Of a DNA stretch of 64,000 bases, positions 1 to 11,769 are shown piece by piece. Within the stretch, counting starts at the first letter, position 1. The number at the start of each line of letters is the position of its first letter. The stretch is from positions 372,001-436,000 of the forward strand of contig BROI01000005.1 in NCBI GenBank assembly GCA_027923505.1, in the 5' to 3' direction. The DNA is from Mayamaea pseudoterrestris (taxonomy: Eukaryota). The position numbers and the translations under genes were made by a program. The notes below the pieces were generated by a model that ran no database searches, was not told the origin of the DNA, and worked only from the letters and a program-made list of their open reading frames with translations.

Positions 1-865
1 CTATGGCGCTTTGTATTTGTTGGCGCCACACTTTTTGTATGGAACAACTGCTCAGCGGACGATGGTTATGGCGGCGTTCATTGGAGTCGTAAATCGTTGG
101 TCGCGACTAGCATTGATTGCTGTGGAGTCGGCGGACGAGGAAGGTGCTGGTTCAAATAAGATTGATGTTAATTTGGCTGAGACGATCGACAGCCTCATAA
201 ACTACGTCGAGGACTTGTGTTTGACAGCGCTTCTGCTGGAAAAGCGTGAAAATGAAGGACTGCGAATGTTGATCCTGGACTTCTATGAGGCAGTGTTTGC
301 GGCATGGGACACTCGCCCAAACATTTCGATGTCAAAAATCAATTTTGCGATAGTGCAGAGGCTCATTCTGTCCCCATCTGCCATTATTTTGGAGAGGTTT
401 TGTCATCTGTTGACGAAAGTCGCCTTAAAGGAGTCTACCAGTTTTGTCATCGCTCAGGACGAGCAACACGTCGCAAATTCTTTTCCCTTTGATGCGGCCG
501 TATCTCATGCCTTATGGCCGTCTGCAAACCAAAAGCCAACTTCTAGTTTATTTGATGAAGTAAGTGAAGAGACGCGACAAGCGATGAGTTTTGGCGTTGA
601 CGAAGAAGTACCAAACGCTGTGAATATTGTTAATAGTGTGGCGTTTGCTGGCTATGCGCTCGGCTTTATAAAAGAAAGACCAGGTAACGGCCTGCCGAAC
701 ACAAGTACATCAGTAATACTTGCAGATATGTGTGAGGGGAACCTGCCTGACTATCTTGAATATTTGCGACGACAAGGTTTCAGTGGGATTCCTTCTCTTT
801 GGCACCATCACAACGGCAATTTACAGACGCTCGATCCGTCAGTCCGTCATACAGCGGCGTTATAA
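1..865 (+). CDS. 3' part of a helical protein, possibly CENP-I/Mis6-like kinetochore protein (5' end probably outside the window)
   Basis: 284-aa open frame at the window edge with no true ATG start; the segment 'LINYVEDLCLTALL...ILDFYE' resembles my recollection of the CENP-I/Mis6 C-terminal region; unverified. Confidence 0.3.
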   Translation, partial: YGALYLLAPHFLYGTTAQRTMVMAAFIGVVNRWSRLALIAVESADEEGAGSNKIDVNLAETIDSLINYVEDLCLTALLLEKRENEGLRMLILDFYEAVFAAWDTRPNISMSKINFAIVQRLILSPSAIILERFCHLLTKVALKESTSFVIAQDEQHVANSFPFDAAVSHALWPSANQKPTSSLFDEVSEETRQAMSFGVDEEVPNAVNIVNSVAFAGYALGFIKERPGNGLPNTSTSVILADMCEGNLPDYLEYLRRQGFSGIPSLWHHHNGNLQTLDPSVRHTAAL

Positions 866-1015
866 GAGGCTTTTAAGAAAGGTTACATTTGGCATAGTCT
901 ACATGAGTATGTCTTGTCTAGGACATGAGAGAGATAGCTAAGCAGATGAATGCAATGCTGCCACGCGAATGAACAATGTCGCACCGGGTAAAAGCGCGAG
1001 TCGCATTCCAAAAAA

Positions 1016-4000
1016 ATGCCGCGGCGTCGTCATCATGGCTGGGATGTGAAAGGATCCTTCATCCATCAAGCGCCCTTGTCTTTCATAGCTGCATCTTTAA
1101 CCGAACCTTCACAGTTGGCTGAGCTGAATATAATGTTCCAGATGATTTGGATTCATCTGATTGTCCTTTCATGGCTGTCGATTGCGACTAATGCTTCGAG
1201 CAATCGTCATCATGACGCTGCGGCACCATCCGCGCCGAGCGCTGCAGATACTTCCTTGGCGCAAGGCACAATGCTGCAGATACAAGTCAAAATTCGACGC
1301 GACATACCATCAGATCCTGAAAATCAATATTATGTATCCATTGATCCTATCATTGAAGGAAATGATTCGCGATTAGATTCAGAAACGACAATGACGGCTG
1401 CTTCCTCAAGTGAATATACACTCGCCTTGAAATGGACTACATCTACCAGCAATTTACGCTCTTCTGCCGCTGATATAGCAGCTGTCTCATCTGGTCTGCC
1501 TAAAACCTCCGAGCTTCTATTGACTGGGAGTAATTCCGTCTCGCATTTGATTCCTTTTGAACAAGGAAAGAACAGCAAGTCGACCGACGTTGATGACAAT
1601 GATTCCATTTTAATTATCATCTCGCTATGCACACGACGGCGACGCCAAATGAATGAATCTTCCATGGCGTCTGGGCCGATCCAGTACACGGACTTGCGCA
1701 CCTTGAAGCGTCACATTAAAAGGCTGCCGAGAACCATGGCGGCTGCGCTCCGGCGTCGGCAAGATTTGCTCACCACTGTCGAGCTGGAATTTGAGGAGCG
1801 AGGACACCAAAGCGATCTAGCCGATGCTCCGCCTTTCGTCCATGATGCAGCGAGACCGCCACTAATCAAGTCAGCGACGCAACCAGTCTGGCGCGGCAAC
1901 CCAGATACTATCTGCACCGACGCTGGCAATATTTCATCCATTTGCACCGCAGGCCCATCTAGCACGTACTCTACCATGACGACAACAAAGTCTTTTAAAG
2001 TTTGGGCTATCATTAGCAAGATGTTTTTTGGTTTCATAAGTGTCGCCGTGGCATGCAAGTTCGTGTTTTACTGCTTTGTCACCAACGATGACATTCAACA
2101 ATGGGCACTTTACTATGCACAGGCAGTTGTGACGGAAGAAGCCACTGGTGAAAGAGATCATGGCGTGATAGCACGTGGGGGAATTGCAGATTGCAATGCT
2201 GCGAATGATCATGCGCAGCGACCATTATTCTCTTCTCGAAGCCAGTATGGGGCAAAGGCAGCACAGGATAGTCAATCTTTAGGTGAAGGGAGTTCTATCG
2301 GCGACGACAAATCTAAAGGAACTATTGAGGATGAAAATCAGGAAGGGGTTGATCAAGATGTTGTCAGCAACAAAGTAAATGAACATTCTGGAAAAGGGTC
2401 AAACGAAAGTCACATCTTCAGCCCAACCGACGGACTCGACGAAGCTTGTCATTCGAGTTCGACAAATCGATCCTCTAAATCCGCTGCTCCGGGCTTGTAC
2501 CGAGAGGAGCAAGCATCCGAAAAAGATGATTCATCTGTAAAATCGCTGTCGCCTCCGACAATGCATCGACGAATGGGCGTCAACGCAGGCGCTTCCTTTG
2601 AAGATGCGATTCAGCATGCTTTTTCGACACATTCCAACGTGCCACTCTTTGTCGAGACAAACCAGACTCCTCAGCAACGCCGGCTCAATGTCACGCTGGG
2701 AGGTGAGACACATCTTCGGACGCCGTTGGTCGGTCCACATGACGGTTATCAAGGGCACAATATTCAGCGACATATCTCTCAAGGAGACCTTCCGAACTAT
2801 GCCAATGAACAACGGATGTCAACCGCCGGACAAGTTTTTTACTCACCATCAAATCAACGCGATGCTCAAACAAAGTCTTTTGCGCCCGACTTCCAACGCA
2901 TTGGGCCTGAAGCAAGAGATACTTCTTCTCGAGGTCAGCTCCAAGAATCTACTGTACCTGGTCTTTCGGATGCTACTATGCTGCTAACTTCCCCAAACGA
3001 CAGAGATCCTTCTCAGCGATTAAATCCCACCGTCCTCGTGAGTGATGCACCGAATGCAGCAGTGGCTGCATTAGCAGACGGCACAGAGGCTAACGTTCAT
3101 AACGTAGTTGGCGTTGGTGGATGTCATGGCTTGCAACTGGACGCTAATTTACATGAACTTGATCAGCATGCCTCTGAAGCGGCACTTGGCATAATGCTCG
3201 ATTCAATTGCACCAGCAACTGCCGATACCGTCGAAAAGGCAGACGAGCCGCGCTCGCATTCTCTTGGCACGCCATCGCAAAACACTACAAGGCATTTTGA
3301 ACTGACAGGTACTCTGCTTGTGGAGAATGAGGTCGCAGCAAACCTATCGTCCGGAGCTGACTTGAAAATGAGCAAGAGTATTGATTTTTGCCATGACAAG
3401 AATGGTGTTGTTCAAAAATGCTTTTCCCGCGACAAGTCACCGCGTCCTGCCTTCGCACAGCATGTGCCGCCGCATTTGGCTTCTATCACAACAGGGCAGG
3501 ATACATCAATGGCACTGAATGACAAACGCGCCAATAGTCACGGCTTTATGAAAGAAAACTTGCTGCCGAAACCAAATGCGTCCACCTTTGAAAATGGTGC
3601 GGCTAACGCAGCATTAACTGACGAGTTGTTGCAAGTAGCTCCTCGAGCAACCTATCAATTTGAGACATCATTGACAAATGCTCAATCAATAACTCAAGTA
3701 CAACGCTGTTCAACACATTCGCCAAAGTTTTCGTCGGCGGTTTTGAATTGTCGCTCGATGGCCTCTCGTTCATCGGCGACAAGGAGCGCTGCACTAGAAG
3801 ATGAACCAGATACGGCCATAAACGTTGACTCGTTTTCCGTACTCGAGACAAAAGTAGCCGAAGCCAAGAAAGAAGACGCTGCTGGCGTTCATGCAACGGA
3901 AAAAGAGGCTAACAACTTGTCATTGGGGTCGGATAATTTCATTCTCCCGGATGTTCCAGAACCGCCGAAGGCCACAATGCACGATTTTACTCCTCTTCCC

Positions 4001-5101
4001 ACGTCGTTAACTGGCACGCACGAGTCAAGACTGGTACACGCACCGGCAGTGACATCTGAGATATACCCGACTTTATTCCCCGTCGCGCAGGCAATGAATG
4101 TTGCTACGATCCCCCGTTGCCTCGACATTCATTCTGATGTTGGCGACACTCGCAAGCGGAGTCACGTGGATGCAACGTCACATGCGTCAGATGATGAGAA
4201 GAGTGGCGTAAAAAAGCATAAGCGCAATCAAGTGATGCACAAAACCGCCGAGCAACCCAACCCAACTAGTCAAAACACGTCGCCTGGAGTTTCGTACGTG
4301 TCGACACTTCCTCCAGATAGTCGAAACTCCGCGGACACGCTTCTTTCGGACAATCTCGATTGGGAGCTGAGTGGATCTGATAGATCCCATTTAAATAAAG
4401 TTTCGCCGGCGGCTGGCGCTAGCGACGAGGAAAGACGCGATCGGCTGGATAAGCTTCTGTTGTCACAAGCGCCCGATGACCTTTCTAAACCTGGCTCCCT
4501 TATCGTTCAAAAGCGTAGTAGAGTCAATGAGGGAATTAACGCTGTGGAAAACAACATGATTTCGAACTTTATGTCTCAAGACGAACTCGGCTTTCTCGCC
4601 TCGGCCGCTAGCTCGTCTCCTGAACGAAGCAACAAACAAGATTCGCAAAAATCAATATCTTCGCCTCCGGAGGTTTGTATTCCGGACTATGCGCCCTCCA
4701 TCTACCTCGAGGCGGCTGCAGTTGCGTTTAGCCACAGTGCCACTCTTGGATTTACTGCGAAAGGAAACATGAAACTAGAGAAGAAGGCAAGGTTGAAAGG
4801 GTTGCAAATTTCGACTTGCATGAATCAGGAGGCCGATGACAAGATTGGTTTACACGGAGCTAAACGTAAAATATTGAAAGGCATGGCAAAGTCGAGAGCG
4901 ACAAGTCAACGGTATACTATGATCAAAATTGAAGGAGGGAGTGCTGCCAACAAGGCGAAGTTTGAGTCCCGAGGGGAGATCGCAACTGAGCACCAGCTTC
5001 GTGGCAAGCCAAAGCCTTTGAAGATGGCTAGATCATCATTGTCACGACGCAGCAATCGCATTAACAAACCACAACCACTTGTTCCTTTGCAGCCACTTTA
5101 G
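1016..5101 (+). CDS. Large hypothetical single-pass membrane protein with a long Ser-rich disordered tail
   Basis: 1361-aa ORF; signal-peptide-like 'MFQMIWIHLIVLSWLSIATNAS' (true start may be that Met), hydrophobic segment 'VWAIISKMFFGFISVAVACKFVFYCF', low-complexity remainder. Confidence 0.6.
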   Translation: MPRRRHHGWDVKGSFIHQAPLSFIAASLTEPSQLAELNIMFQMIWIHLIVLSWLSIATNASSNRHHDAAAPSAPSAADTSLAQGTMLQIQVKIRRDIPSDPENQYYVSIDPIIEGNDSRLDSETTMTAASSSEYTLALKWTTSTSNLRSSAADIAAVSSGLPKTSELLLTGSNSVSHLIPFEQGKNSKSTDVDDNDSILIIISLCTRRRRQMNESSMASGPIQYTDLRTLKRHIKRLPRTMAAALRRRQDLLTTVELEFEERGHQSDLADAPPFVHDAARPPLIKSATQPVWRGNPDTICTDAGNISSICTAGPSSTYSTMTTTKSFKVWAIISKMFFGFISVAVACKFVFYCFVTNDDIQQWALYYAQAVVTEEATGERDHGVIARGGIADCNAANDHAQRPLFSSRSQYGAKAAQDSQSLGEGSSIGDDKSKGTIEDENQEGVDQDVVSNKVNEHSGKGSNESHIFSPTDGLDEACHSSSTNRSSKSAAPGLYREEQASEKDDSSVKSLSPPTMHRRMGVNAGASFEDAIQHAFSTHSNVPLFVETNQTPQQRRLNVTLGGETHLRTPLVGPHDGYQGHNIQRHISQGDLPNYANEQRMSTAGQVFYSPSNQRDAQTKSFAPDFQRIGPEARDTSSRGQLQESTVPGLSDATMLLTSPNDRDPSQRLNPTVLVSDAPNAAVAALADGTEANVHNVVGVGGCHGLQLDANLHELDQHASEAALGIMLDSIAPATADTVEKADEPRSHSLGTPSQNTTRHFELTGTLLVENEVAANLSSGADLKMSKSIDFCHDKNGVVQKCFSRDKSPRPAFAQHVPPHLASITTGQDTSMALNDKRANSHGFMKENLLPKPNASTFENGAANAALTDELLQVAPRATYQFETSLTNAQSITQVQRCSTHSPKFSSAVLNCRSMASRSSATRSAALEDEPDTAINVDSFSVLETKVAEAKKEDAAGVHATEKEANNLSLGSDNFILPDVPEPPKATMHDFTPLPTSLTGTHESRLVHAPAVTSEIYPTLFPVAQAMNVATIPRCLDIHSDVGDTRKRSHVDATSHASDDEKSGVKKHKRNQVMHKTAEQPNPTSQNTSPGVSYVSTLPPDSRNSADTLLSDNLDWELSGSDRSHLNKVSPAAGASDEERRDRLDKLLLSQAPDDLSKPGSLIVQKRSRVNEGINAVENNMISNFMSQDELGFLASAASSSPERSNKQDSQKSISSPPEVCIPDYAPSIYLEAAAVAFSHSATLGFTAKGNMKLEKKARLKGLQISTCMNQEADDKIGLHGAKRKILKGMAKSRATSQRYTMIKIEGGSAANKAKFESRGEIATEHQLRGKPKPLKMARSSLSRRSNRINKPQPLVPLQPL

Positions 5102-5462
5102 CAAGCACACTGCAAAGGTTATCAGATCACAAAGCACTGTGTGGCGGGCTCAGTGCTTCACTTGTAAGTAGTTGGTACTGTCTGGCTCGCGACGGTACAA
5201 TGACCTTGCTAGCAATCTTTACTGCGCACTTCATTATTCTTGGATCTCAACTACAAGTTCCTCCAACCAAGATTACTTCTACTATAAATAATATACTTCA
5301 CGGAGCAACAATCGTTCTGCGTATAGTTGCAGTACTTGTACAACGTAAAACAAGTCGAGTAGCACATGAGTTCGTACGACACTGATGCGACATGATTTTG
5401 TCTTTCCGCGAATCGCACACCGCCACGGAACTACATACGACGTAATGTCGTTCAAATTCACC

Positions 5463-6618
5463 ATGGCGAGCAGGAGTGAAGAAGCGTCCACCTTGCCTCC
5501 CATCGTGGGAAGAATTGAAAGAGGAGAGGAAATGCCAGTATGCGTCCTTATGGTGGGAATGGTAAGATTGAAAACATGTTTATTGCTTAAATTTCAAACT
5601 TTCTCACGTCTCACGCTTGTCGTATCCATCATAGGCAGGCAGCGGCAAGACGACGCTCATGACGCAACTGCAGCGTTCACTGTCTAGTTCTAAAGATGGC
5701 GAAGGCGGAGGCAATGCTAGTAGCTCCTCTTATTACTGCGTGAATTTAGATCCAGCAACAATTGCCATGCCATATGACGTTTCGATTGATATTCGAGACA
5801 CTGTCAATTACAAGGAAGTGATGAAGCAACATAAACTTGGACCCAATGGTGCAATCATGACGTCTCTGAATCTATACGCGACAAAGTTTGATCAAGTCAT
5901 GGGTATCTTGGAGCGTCGGGCTTATAGCAACGCGAGTAGTAGCGAGGAGTCAGAGTCGAGTTCTGGAGCGGGCTTAAAAGAAGCAGCCTCCGAAACAAAA
6001 CCAGATGAAGCAGCTGACAGAGCTGTACAACCATCTATGGACTACATCCTCGTTGACACTCCGGGTCAGATTGAAGCATTCACATGGTCAGCATCAGGAA
6101 GCATTATATGCGAGTCGCTAGCCTCGGCTTTTCCCACCATTCTTTGCTTTGTCGTTGACACGGTCCGGTGCGCGTCATCGCCAAATACATTCATGAGCAA
6201 CATGCTATATGCCTGCAGTATGATGTATCGGACGCGACTGCCTCTGGTTGTTTGCTTCAACAAGACGGACATTGTAAGCGCCGACTTTTGCATGGAGTGG
6301 ATGAAAGACTATGAAACCTTTCAGGAAGCCTTGGATGATGCGTCGGAAACGTCGGGATTCTATGGATCACTGACACGAAGCTTGAGCTTGGTATTGGATG
6401 AGTTCTACTCGAGTTTTGCAAATGCATGTGGAGTGTCTGCGGTGACGGGTGACGGTATTGAACAGTTCTGGACGACTGTGCAAAAGGCTGCCAAAAATGA
6501 CTTTGCTATGGATTACGTCGATGATTTGAAGTGCCGTATCGAGGAACAAGAAGCTCGCAAGCGTGCTGTTGCTCGCGCTGGATTAAGTCGACTGCAACGA
6601 GACATGGCTGGGGAATAG
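5463..6618 (+). CDS. GPN1: GPN-loop GTPase 1 (two exons; intron 5562-5634)
   Basis: Splicing GT..AG joins VLMVGM to AGSGKTT (P-loop); NLDPA, LGPNGAI (GPN loop), [15 protein letters not shown] and FNKTD motifs. Confidence 0.93.
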
Positions 6619-6684
6619 GGTTGATGATCTGTACATATATCGGTATTAGGTGCATATCTTTAGTTACATCACTTCATATGTTCA

Positions 6685-8121
6685 TCATATTTCGTTTCGC
6701 ATAATTTGCTGCCTGATTATGGTCATCATGTCATTCATGTAGTGGATATTATGGATCGCAGATAATGATACTGCCACTTGTTCGTTTGCCCGGTAGAGAT
6801 GCCATAGATAAGCCCGGTCGTAATGTTGACAGGTGCTGCACGAGCACTTGTCATCAATAGGAACACCAAATGCGGTCTTGCAGGGCCTGCTTCTGAGATG
6901 AAACTGTCCATGCCGACTGAATACGGTGGAATGACGCGCCAATCTTGTTGGATAGCAGGAGTCGAGAGTGTCGACCCCCAGCGGCACTGCATTTCGTATA
7001 CTTTCTTCGTCAGCAATTCCAAGCAAGTGTCGAGGCTTCTTCTTCCGATCTCCCTCGTCAAACATGGGCATTAACCAAGACAGTAATTGTTTTAACTCCT
7101 CACGTCCGTTACCGAGTGAGCCACCAATGCCAAAACCGTCGAAAGGTAGCGATGTCAGGTAATCGACAGACTTTTTTCGCAGTTCAAAATCCACGCCACC
7201 ATGAACGACGCAATACATGGCCTGTTGCTTGACATTCTTCAAATGTTCCTTGAGGCTGCGCGCCTCCCACCGGTGCGTGCGCTCGACGCTTTCCACGAGA
7301 CGGTCATGCTCTACATAGTAGCCCGGCAGCTCATCCAAGGGTATGATAATATCGGCACCGATCTTCTTTTGGTTTGTCACGGTCGACTCTGGCGTCAGCA
7401 GAAACTTACTTCCGTCGCGATAGCTTTTAAAGTAGGCACCGTCCTCTGTCACTTTGACTGCATTTTCTCCATGAACATCTTGCGACGAGCCACGACGGGC
7501 CTTGGAGTTGGATCGTTTCAGTTCGCCTTTTGACGAGAGTTCCTCATGCACGCTCCCATATGCAAGCGAAAAGACTTGAAAGCCTCCCGAGTCTGTAATA
7601 AACGGCCGATCCATTCGATTCGTCCACTTGTGAATGCCGCCAGCTTGCTCGATAATATCGGCTCCAGGATGCAACATGAGGTGATAAGTATTGGCAAAGA
7701 CAAGTTGCTGGCCTGCCTTGGCGGCGTCACGAAAGTCAACTCCCTTGAGCGCGGCGTTGGTGGCGACGGCAACGAATCCGGGCGTGTCGACAATGCCATG
7801 GGGCGTATGGATGCGACCAACACGGGCGCCCGATTTGGTGGATTCGTGCAAAATTTCAAAGCGAAAAAAATCCCGAGGCTCGTAGGCCCAATCGGGGAAG
7901 TCTTCTGGACCAGGAGGTGGAGGATACATCACTGGTTCTTTTTGTCGTTTCTGACTTAATGATGAACTGGTGCCAGCAGTATTTGACTGTTTATTTGTGC
8001 TACTGCCGCTATAATGTCGATTTCGGTAGCGTCGTGGCAAGCTTCGCTGAAGCGGCAGAAGAAACGCTCGAATCATGGCAACTTCTAGAGACAACAGAAT
8101 CACCAGCAGCTTATGATTCAT
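6685..8121 (-). CDS. tgt: Queuine tRNA-ribosyltransferase (tRNA-guanine transglycosylase), probably plastid-targeted
   Basis: ARVGRIHTPHG, NTYHL, TDSGGFQVFSL, GFGIGGSLG, HLLGI and Zn site CSCSTC..H; N-terminus is a signal peptide followed by an 'IRA|FL' cleavage motif and an Arg/Ser-rich transit region; start assigned to ATG at 8121. Confidence 0.9.
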   Translation of the reverse strand: MNHKLLVILLSLEVAMIRAFLLPLQRSLPRRYRNRHYSGSSTNKQSNTAGTSSSLSQKRQKEPVMYPPPPGPEDFPDWAYEPRDFFRFEILHESTKSGARVGRIHTPHGIVDTPGFVAVATNAALKGVDFRDAAKAGQQLVFANTYHLMLHPGADIIEQAGGIHKWTNRMDRPFITDSGGFQVFSLAYGSVHEELSSKGELKRSNSKARRGSSQDVHGENAVKVTEDGAYFKSYRDGSKFLLTPESTVTNQKKIGADIIIPLDELPGYYVEHDRLVESVERTHRWEARSLKEHLKNVKQQAMYCVVHGGVDFELRKKSVDYLTSLPFDGFGIGGSLGNGREELKQLLSWLMPMFDEGDRKKKPRHLLGIADEESIRNAVPLGVDTLDSCYPTRLARHSTVFSRHGQFHLRSRPCKTAFGVPIDDKCSCSTCQHYDRAYLWHLYRANEQVAVSLSAIHNIHYMNDMMTIIRQQIMRNEI

Positions 8122-8829
8122 TTGGCGTTCAATGCTGTTCAATCGCGTCGTAATATGATGGGCTCAGAATGTTGTCGCGTAACCATCCCCTGATCCCGTC
8201 TTCATCGCAAGTCAGTAGTTTGTCGGAAAAGCGTGATGGATGGAGGCGAAGACTATCACATTCTCGGCTCGCCCGGCTCGTTCCATCCCCCATCTTGCTG
8301 TTAGTCAACGAAGAATGTGCACGAAGACCGGGTCTGACCTGACTGCGTGACACTTCCTTATGCGCGTGCAGTGTGAGTGGCAAACTGGGTACAGATGAAC
8401 AACAGTACTTAATTTGGTAGAAATGTACTGAAAACAAATAGAAGTGCCCGGAGACAAACATGCAACCACAGATGGCGACAAGTTTGGTGCTCCACTGGGA
8501 AGGAGAATGGATCCTGGATTAGGTGAAGCTGCTTGGTTGAGTGCTTGGAGACAAACCAGAGGGTGACAAGCTTGATACTGCACTGGAAGTAGACCGGTTC
8601 CTGCGACATGTACGTACTGGGCTTGGCGCTTGGATCACGATGGCAAACTTGATGGCCAGCTGCTGGGTTGTGAGTGCCTTGGAGACAAACCAGTGGGACA
8701 AGCCTGATGCTGCACTGAAAGGATGCTAGGTTCTGCGCTAGGTGACTAAATGGGCGGCACTTGGATCATTTGACAGAGGGCAACAACTTTAGTCTTGATA
8801 CTGGGAGTTTTGATAGGCAGTTGAGTCGC

Positions 8830-9990
8830 TTAAATGGCACACTTGATGGCAAGCCGCGTGGGTGAGTGCTGGGAGACACACTGGAAGCCACGGAGGGTGA
8901 CAAGCTTGGTGCTCCACTGGGAAGAAGACTGGGCCTGCGCTAGGTGACTCACTTGGCTTGGTGCGTGGGTCACTTGACGGCACACTTGATGGCAAGCTGC
9001 TTGGGTGAGTGCTGGGAGACACACTTGGGAACCACGGAGGGTGACAAGCTTGGTGCTGCACTGGGAAGAAGACTCTGCGCTAGGTGACTCACTTGGCTTG
9101 GCGCTGGGGTCACTTGACGGCACACTTGATGGCAAGCTGCTTGGGTGAGTGCTGGGAGACACACTGGGAGCCACGGAGGGTGACAAGCTTGGTGCTGCAC
9201 TGGGAAGAAGACTGGGCCCTGCGCTAGGTGACTCACTTGGCTTGGCGCTTGGGTCACTTGACGGCACACTTGATGGCAAGCTGCTTGGGTGAGTGCTGGG
9301 AGACACACTGGGAGCCACGGAGGGTGACAAGCTTGGTGCTGCACTGGGAAGAAGACTGGGCACTGCACTAGGTGACTCACTTGGCTTGGTGCTTGGGTCA
9401 CTTGACGGCACACTTGATGGCAAGCTGCTTGGGTGAGTGCTGGGAGACACACTGGGAGCCACGGAGGGTGACAAGCTTGGTGCTGCACTGGGAAGAAGAC
9501 TGGGCCCTGCGCTAGGTGACTCACTTGGCTTGGCGCTTGGGTCACTTGACGGCACACTTGATGGCAAGCTGCTTGGGTGAGTGCTGGGAGACACACTGGG
9601 AGCCACGGAGGGTGACAAGCTTGGTGCTGCACTGGGAAGAAGACTGGGTCCTGCGCTAGGTGACTCACTTGGCTTGGCGCTTGGGTCACTTGACGGCACA
9701 CTTGATGGCAAGCTGCTTGGGTGAGTGCTGGGAGGCACACTGGGAGCCACGGAGGGTGACAAGCTTGGTGCTGCACTGGGAAGAAGACTGGGCCCTGCGC
9801 TAGAAGACTCACTTGGCTTGGTGCTTGGGTCACCTGAGAGACCACTTGATGGAAATCTGCTTAGGTGAGTGCTGGGAGACACACTGGGAGCCACGGAGAG
9901 TGATGACAAGCTTGGTGCTGCACTAGAAAAAATATTGGGTCCTGCGCTAGTTGGCACACTTGGCTCGAAAGTCATTTGATAGCACACTTG
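8830..9990 (-). repeat. Tandem array of 144-bp units, each made of twelve 12-bp subunits, encoding (PSxx)12; degenerate copies continue leftwards to ~8330
   Basis: cacttgatggcaagctgc recurs at ~9123, 9267, 9411, 9555 and 9699 (period 144); minus-strand translation PSSV PSSD PSAK PSES PSAG PSLL PSAA PSLS PSVA PSVS PSTH PSSL. Confidence 0.92.
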
Positions 9991-10034
9991 GTAGGCTGCT
10001 GGAGTTAGTGCTGGGAGAAACTGGGAGCCACACA

Positions 10035-10590
10035 CCTTTTCGAGTCCGTGACCATCTACCTTCCGAGCAGGAGATTGCGTCAGCCGTCACACGCCTTCGA
10101 ACTGGCAAATCGCCAGGTCCGTCCGAGCTGCGTGCAGAGGACCTCAAGGCGTGTCTACCAGCATCATAACGAAAAAATCCAAAACACGCATTTATGATGG
10201 GTCAAATCCCTGATGAAATGACGTGGTCCGTTTTGGGTTCTCATCCCTAAGGGCAGCGGAGGCCATCGGGGGTTTGGGCTATTTGACGTGGTTTGGAAAA
10301 TGATTCAAGCATTATTAATGCTCGGCTAAACCCGCAATCTGCTTCCATGACTCTCTCCATGGATTTCGTCCTAACTGAGATACAACTACCGCTATGTTTG
10401 AAGCGAATTTCCAGCAACTTGCTGCAATTTAGTAGTCGGGCCGCAGAAGTGCCGATAGCTTCATATCCTTGGGATCGGCAGCAGGTGGCGGAGAGGCTAG
10501 GTGGATTTCATGGGGAGCCGTTCGCGGTTCGCCCTGGCGTCACACAAGCGGATATTGTCTCGCCTACCATTTTCAATAGTGTGGTCGATC
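10035..10590 (+). mobile_element. Decayed non-LTR (LINE) retrotransposon reverse transcriptase fragment
   Basis: 'PSEQEIASAVTRLRTGKSPGPSELRAEDLK', 'IPKGSGGHRG' and 'GVTQADIVSPTIFNSVVD' (RT 'QG..LSP.LFN' region) in different frames with stops and frameshifts. Confidence 0.8.
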
Positions 10591-11769
10591 AACCCTTATA
10601 TCTAAAAGCATGCCACAGACCTATTGTTATACCAATCAGTAAAACTGTAAAGCCTTCAGCTACACATCTAGGACTACTCCCAGATAATTAAAAAGCGGGA
10701 ACGCGGACATCAACAGGCAAGTATCCAGTGGCCTCATCGATCCATCGGACACGAACAAGACTGTTGCAACTGCTGCATAATAGACCGGAGACGGACAAGC
10801 TAACCGGGAACGGCTAGTCTGCAGTTAACACAGCCTATCAGATTGCAACCGGATTCACTGAATTGCGTCAGTGATACTTAATCCACTGCGACACCCAGAC
10901 CAAGCTCACTTCTGTGCAAGCTTGTTCTTACAACAAAAACAAAAGTGATGACTTGATACCCTGGCTTCATTAGTGGTTAAATTTCAGATCTTGCGTACAA
11001 GCGGCGAGATTATTATCGCAATCTTATTCATTCTATGTGATTCTTTTATTTTTTTTAAAAAATAGAGAAATTTTCAAAAAACTGATGCTTTCATTGAATC
11101 CGTTTGTTCAGAAGAGGACTAGTCTACTACACTGCGGTCCAAATGTTTTAGCTTCTTTGTCTGTTTTCGGTCAATTATTTTGCAGAATCAACAATCTGGT
11201 TGGTGGCCGACAGATCTACGGGACCACTGGATTTTCTGGTCGGTTTTCGTATAGAGCTTACGATACAATAGGTCTAAGGCATGCAAATAAATTTTTTTTA
11301 ACAAGGAAATGGAGGTTTGACTAAAATTCCAAATCCCCGACAGTTATTCCTCCCTTTCAAGACATTGACAATTGTAATAAAAAGTTTTTGTTCCGCCGTG
11401 CTCAGGACACTGGAATGATTCCATCATCGGATCGCTCAACGACTTTCAGGACTCTTACCCCAATGCAGCACACTCTCCTGGGGGAGCAGCGGTTATAATA
11501 CCTTCCCATTGACTGTTGGCAAGTTGCCGATGGAGGAGTATTCTTCTATTGCCTTAAGCAAGGCGTTGATTATATCGCAACCAGGCCTATCTTTGATCAC
11601 GCACCAACACCAGACGAGCGCATGGCTTGTCCCGCTTGCAGCTATGGTGAGTACTATAAGTTTATTAGCCCTTGGATGGAGGCAGGCTGCTAAAGCGAGC
11701 TCGATACCTCAGTATCTTTAAGCCTCGTCCTTCTGGAGACAAGTTTAACAACAACAAGTTTTAGTTTCC

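Noticed and set aside
8970..9845. 291-aa Cys/His/Gln-rich repeat ORF
   Set aside because: Alternative frame of the 144-bp repeat, open only because the unit lacks stops
8830..9990. CRISPR-like array
   Set aside because: Units are contiguous with no unique spacers, there are no cas genes, and the context is eukaryotic; it is a coding-type minisatellite
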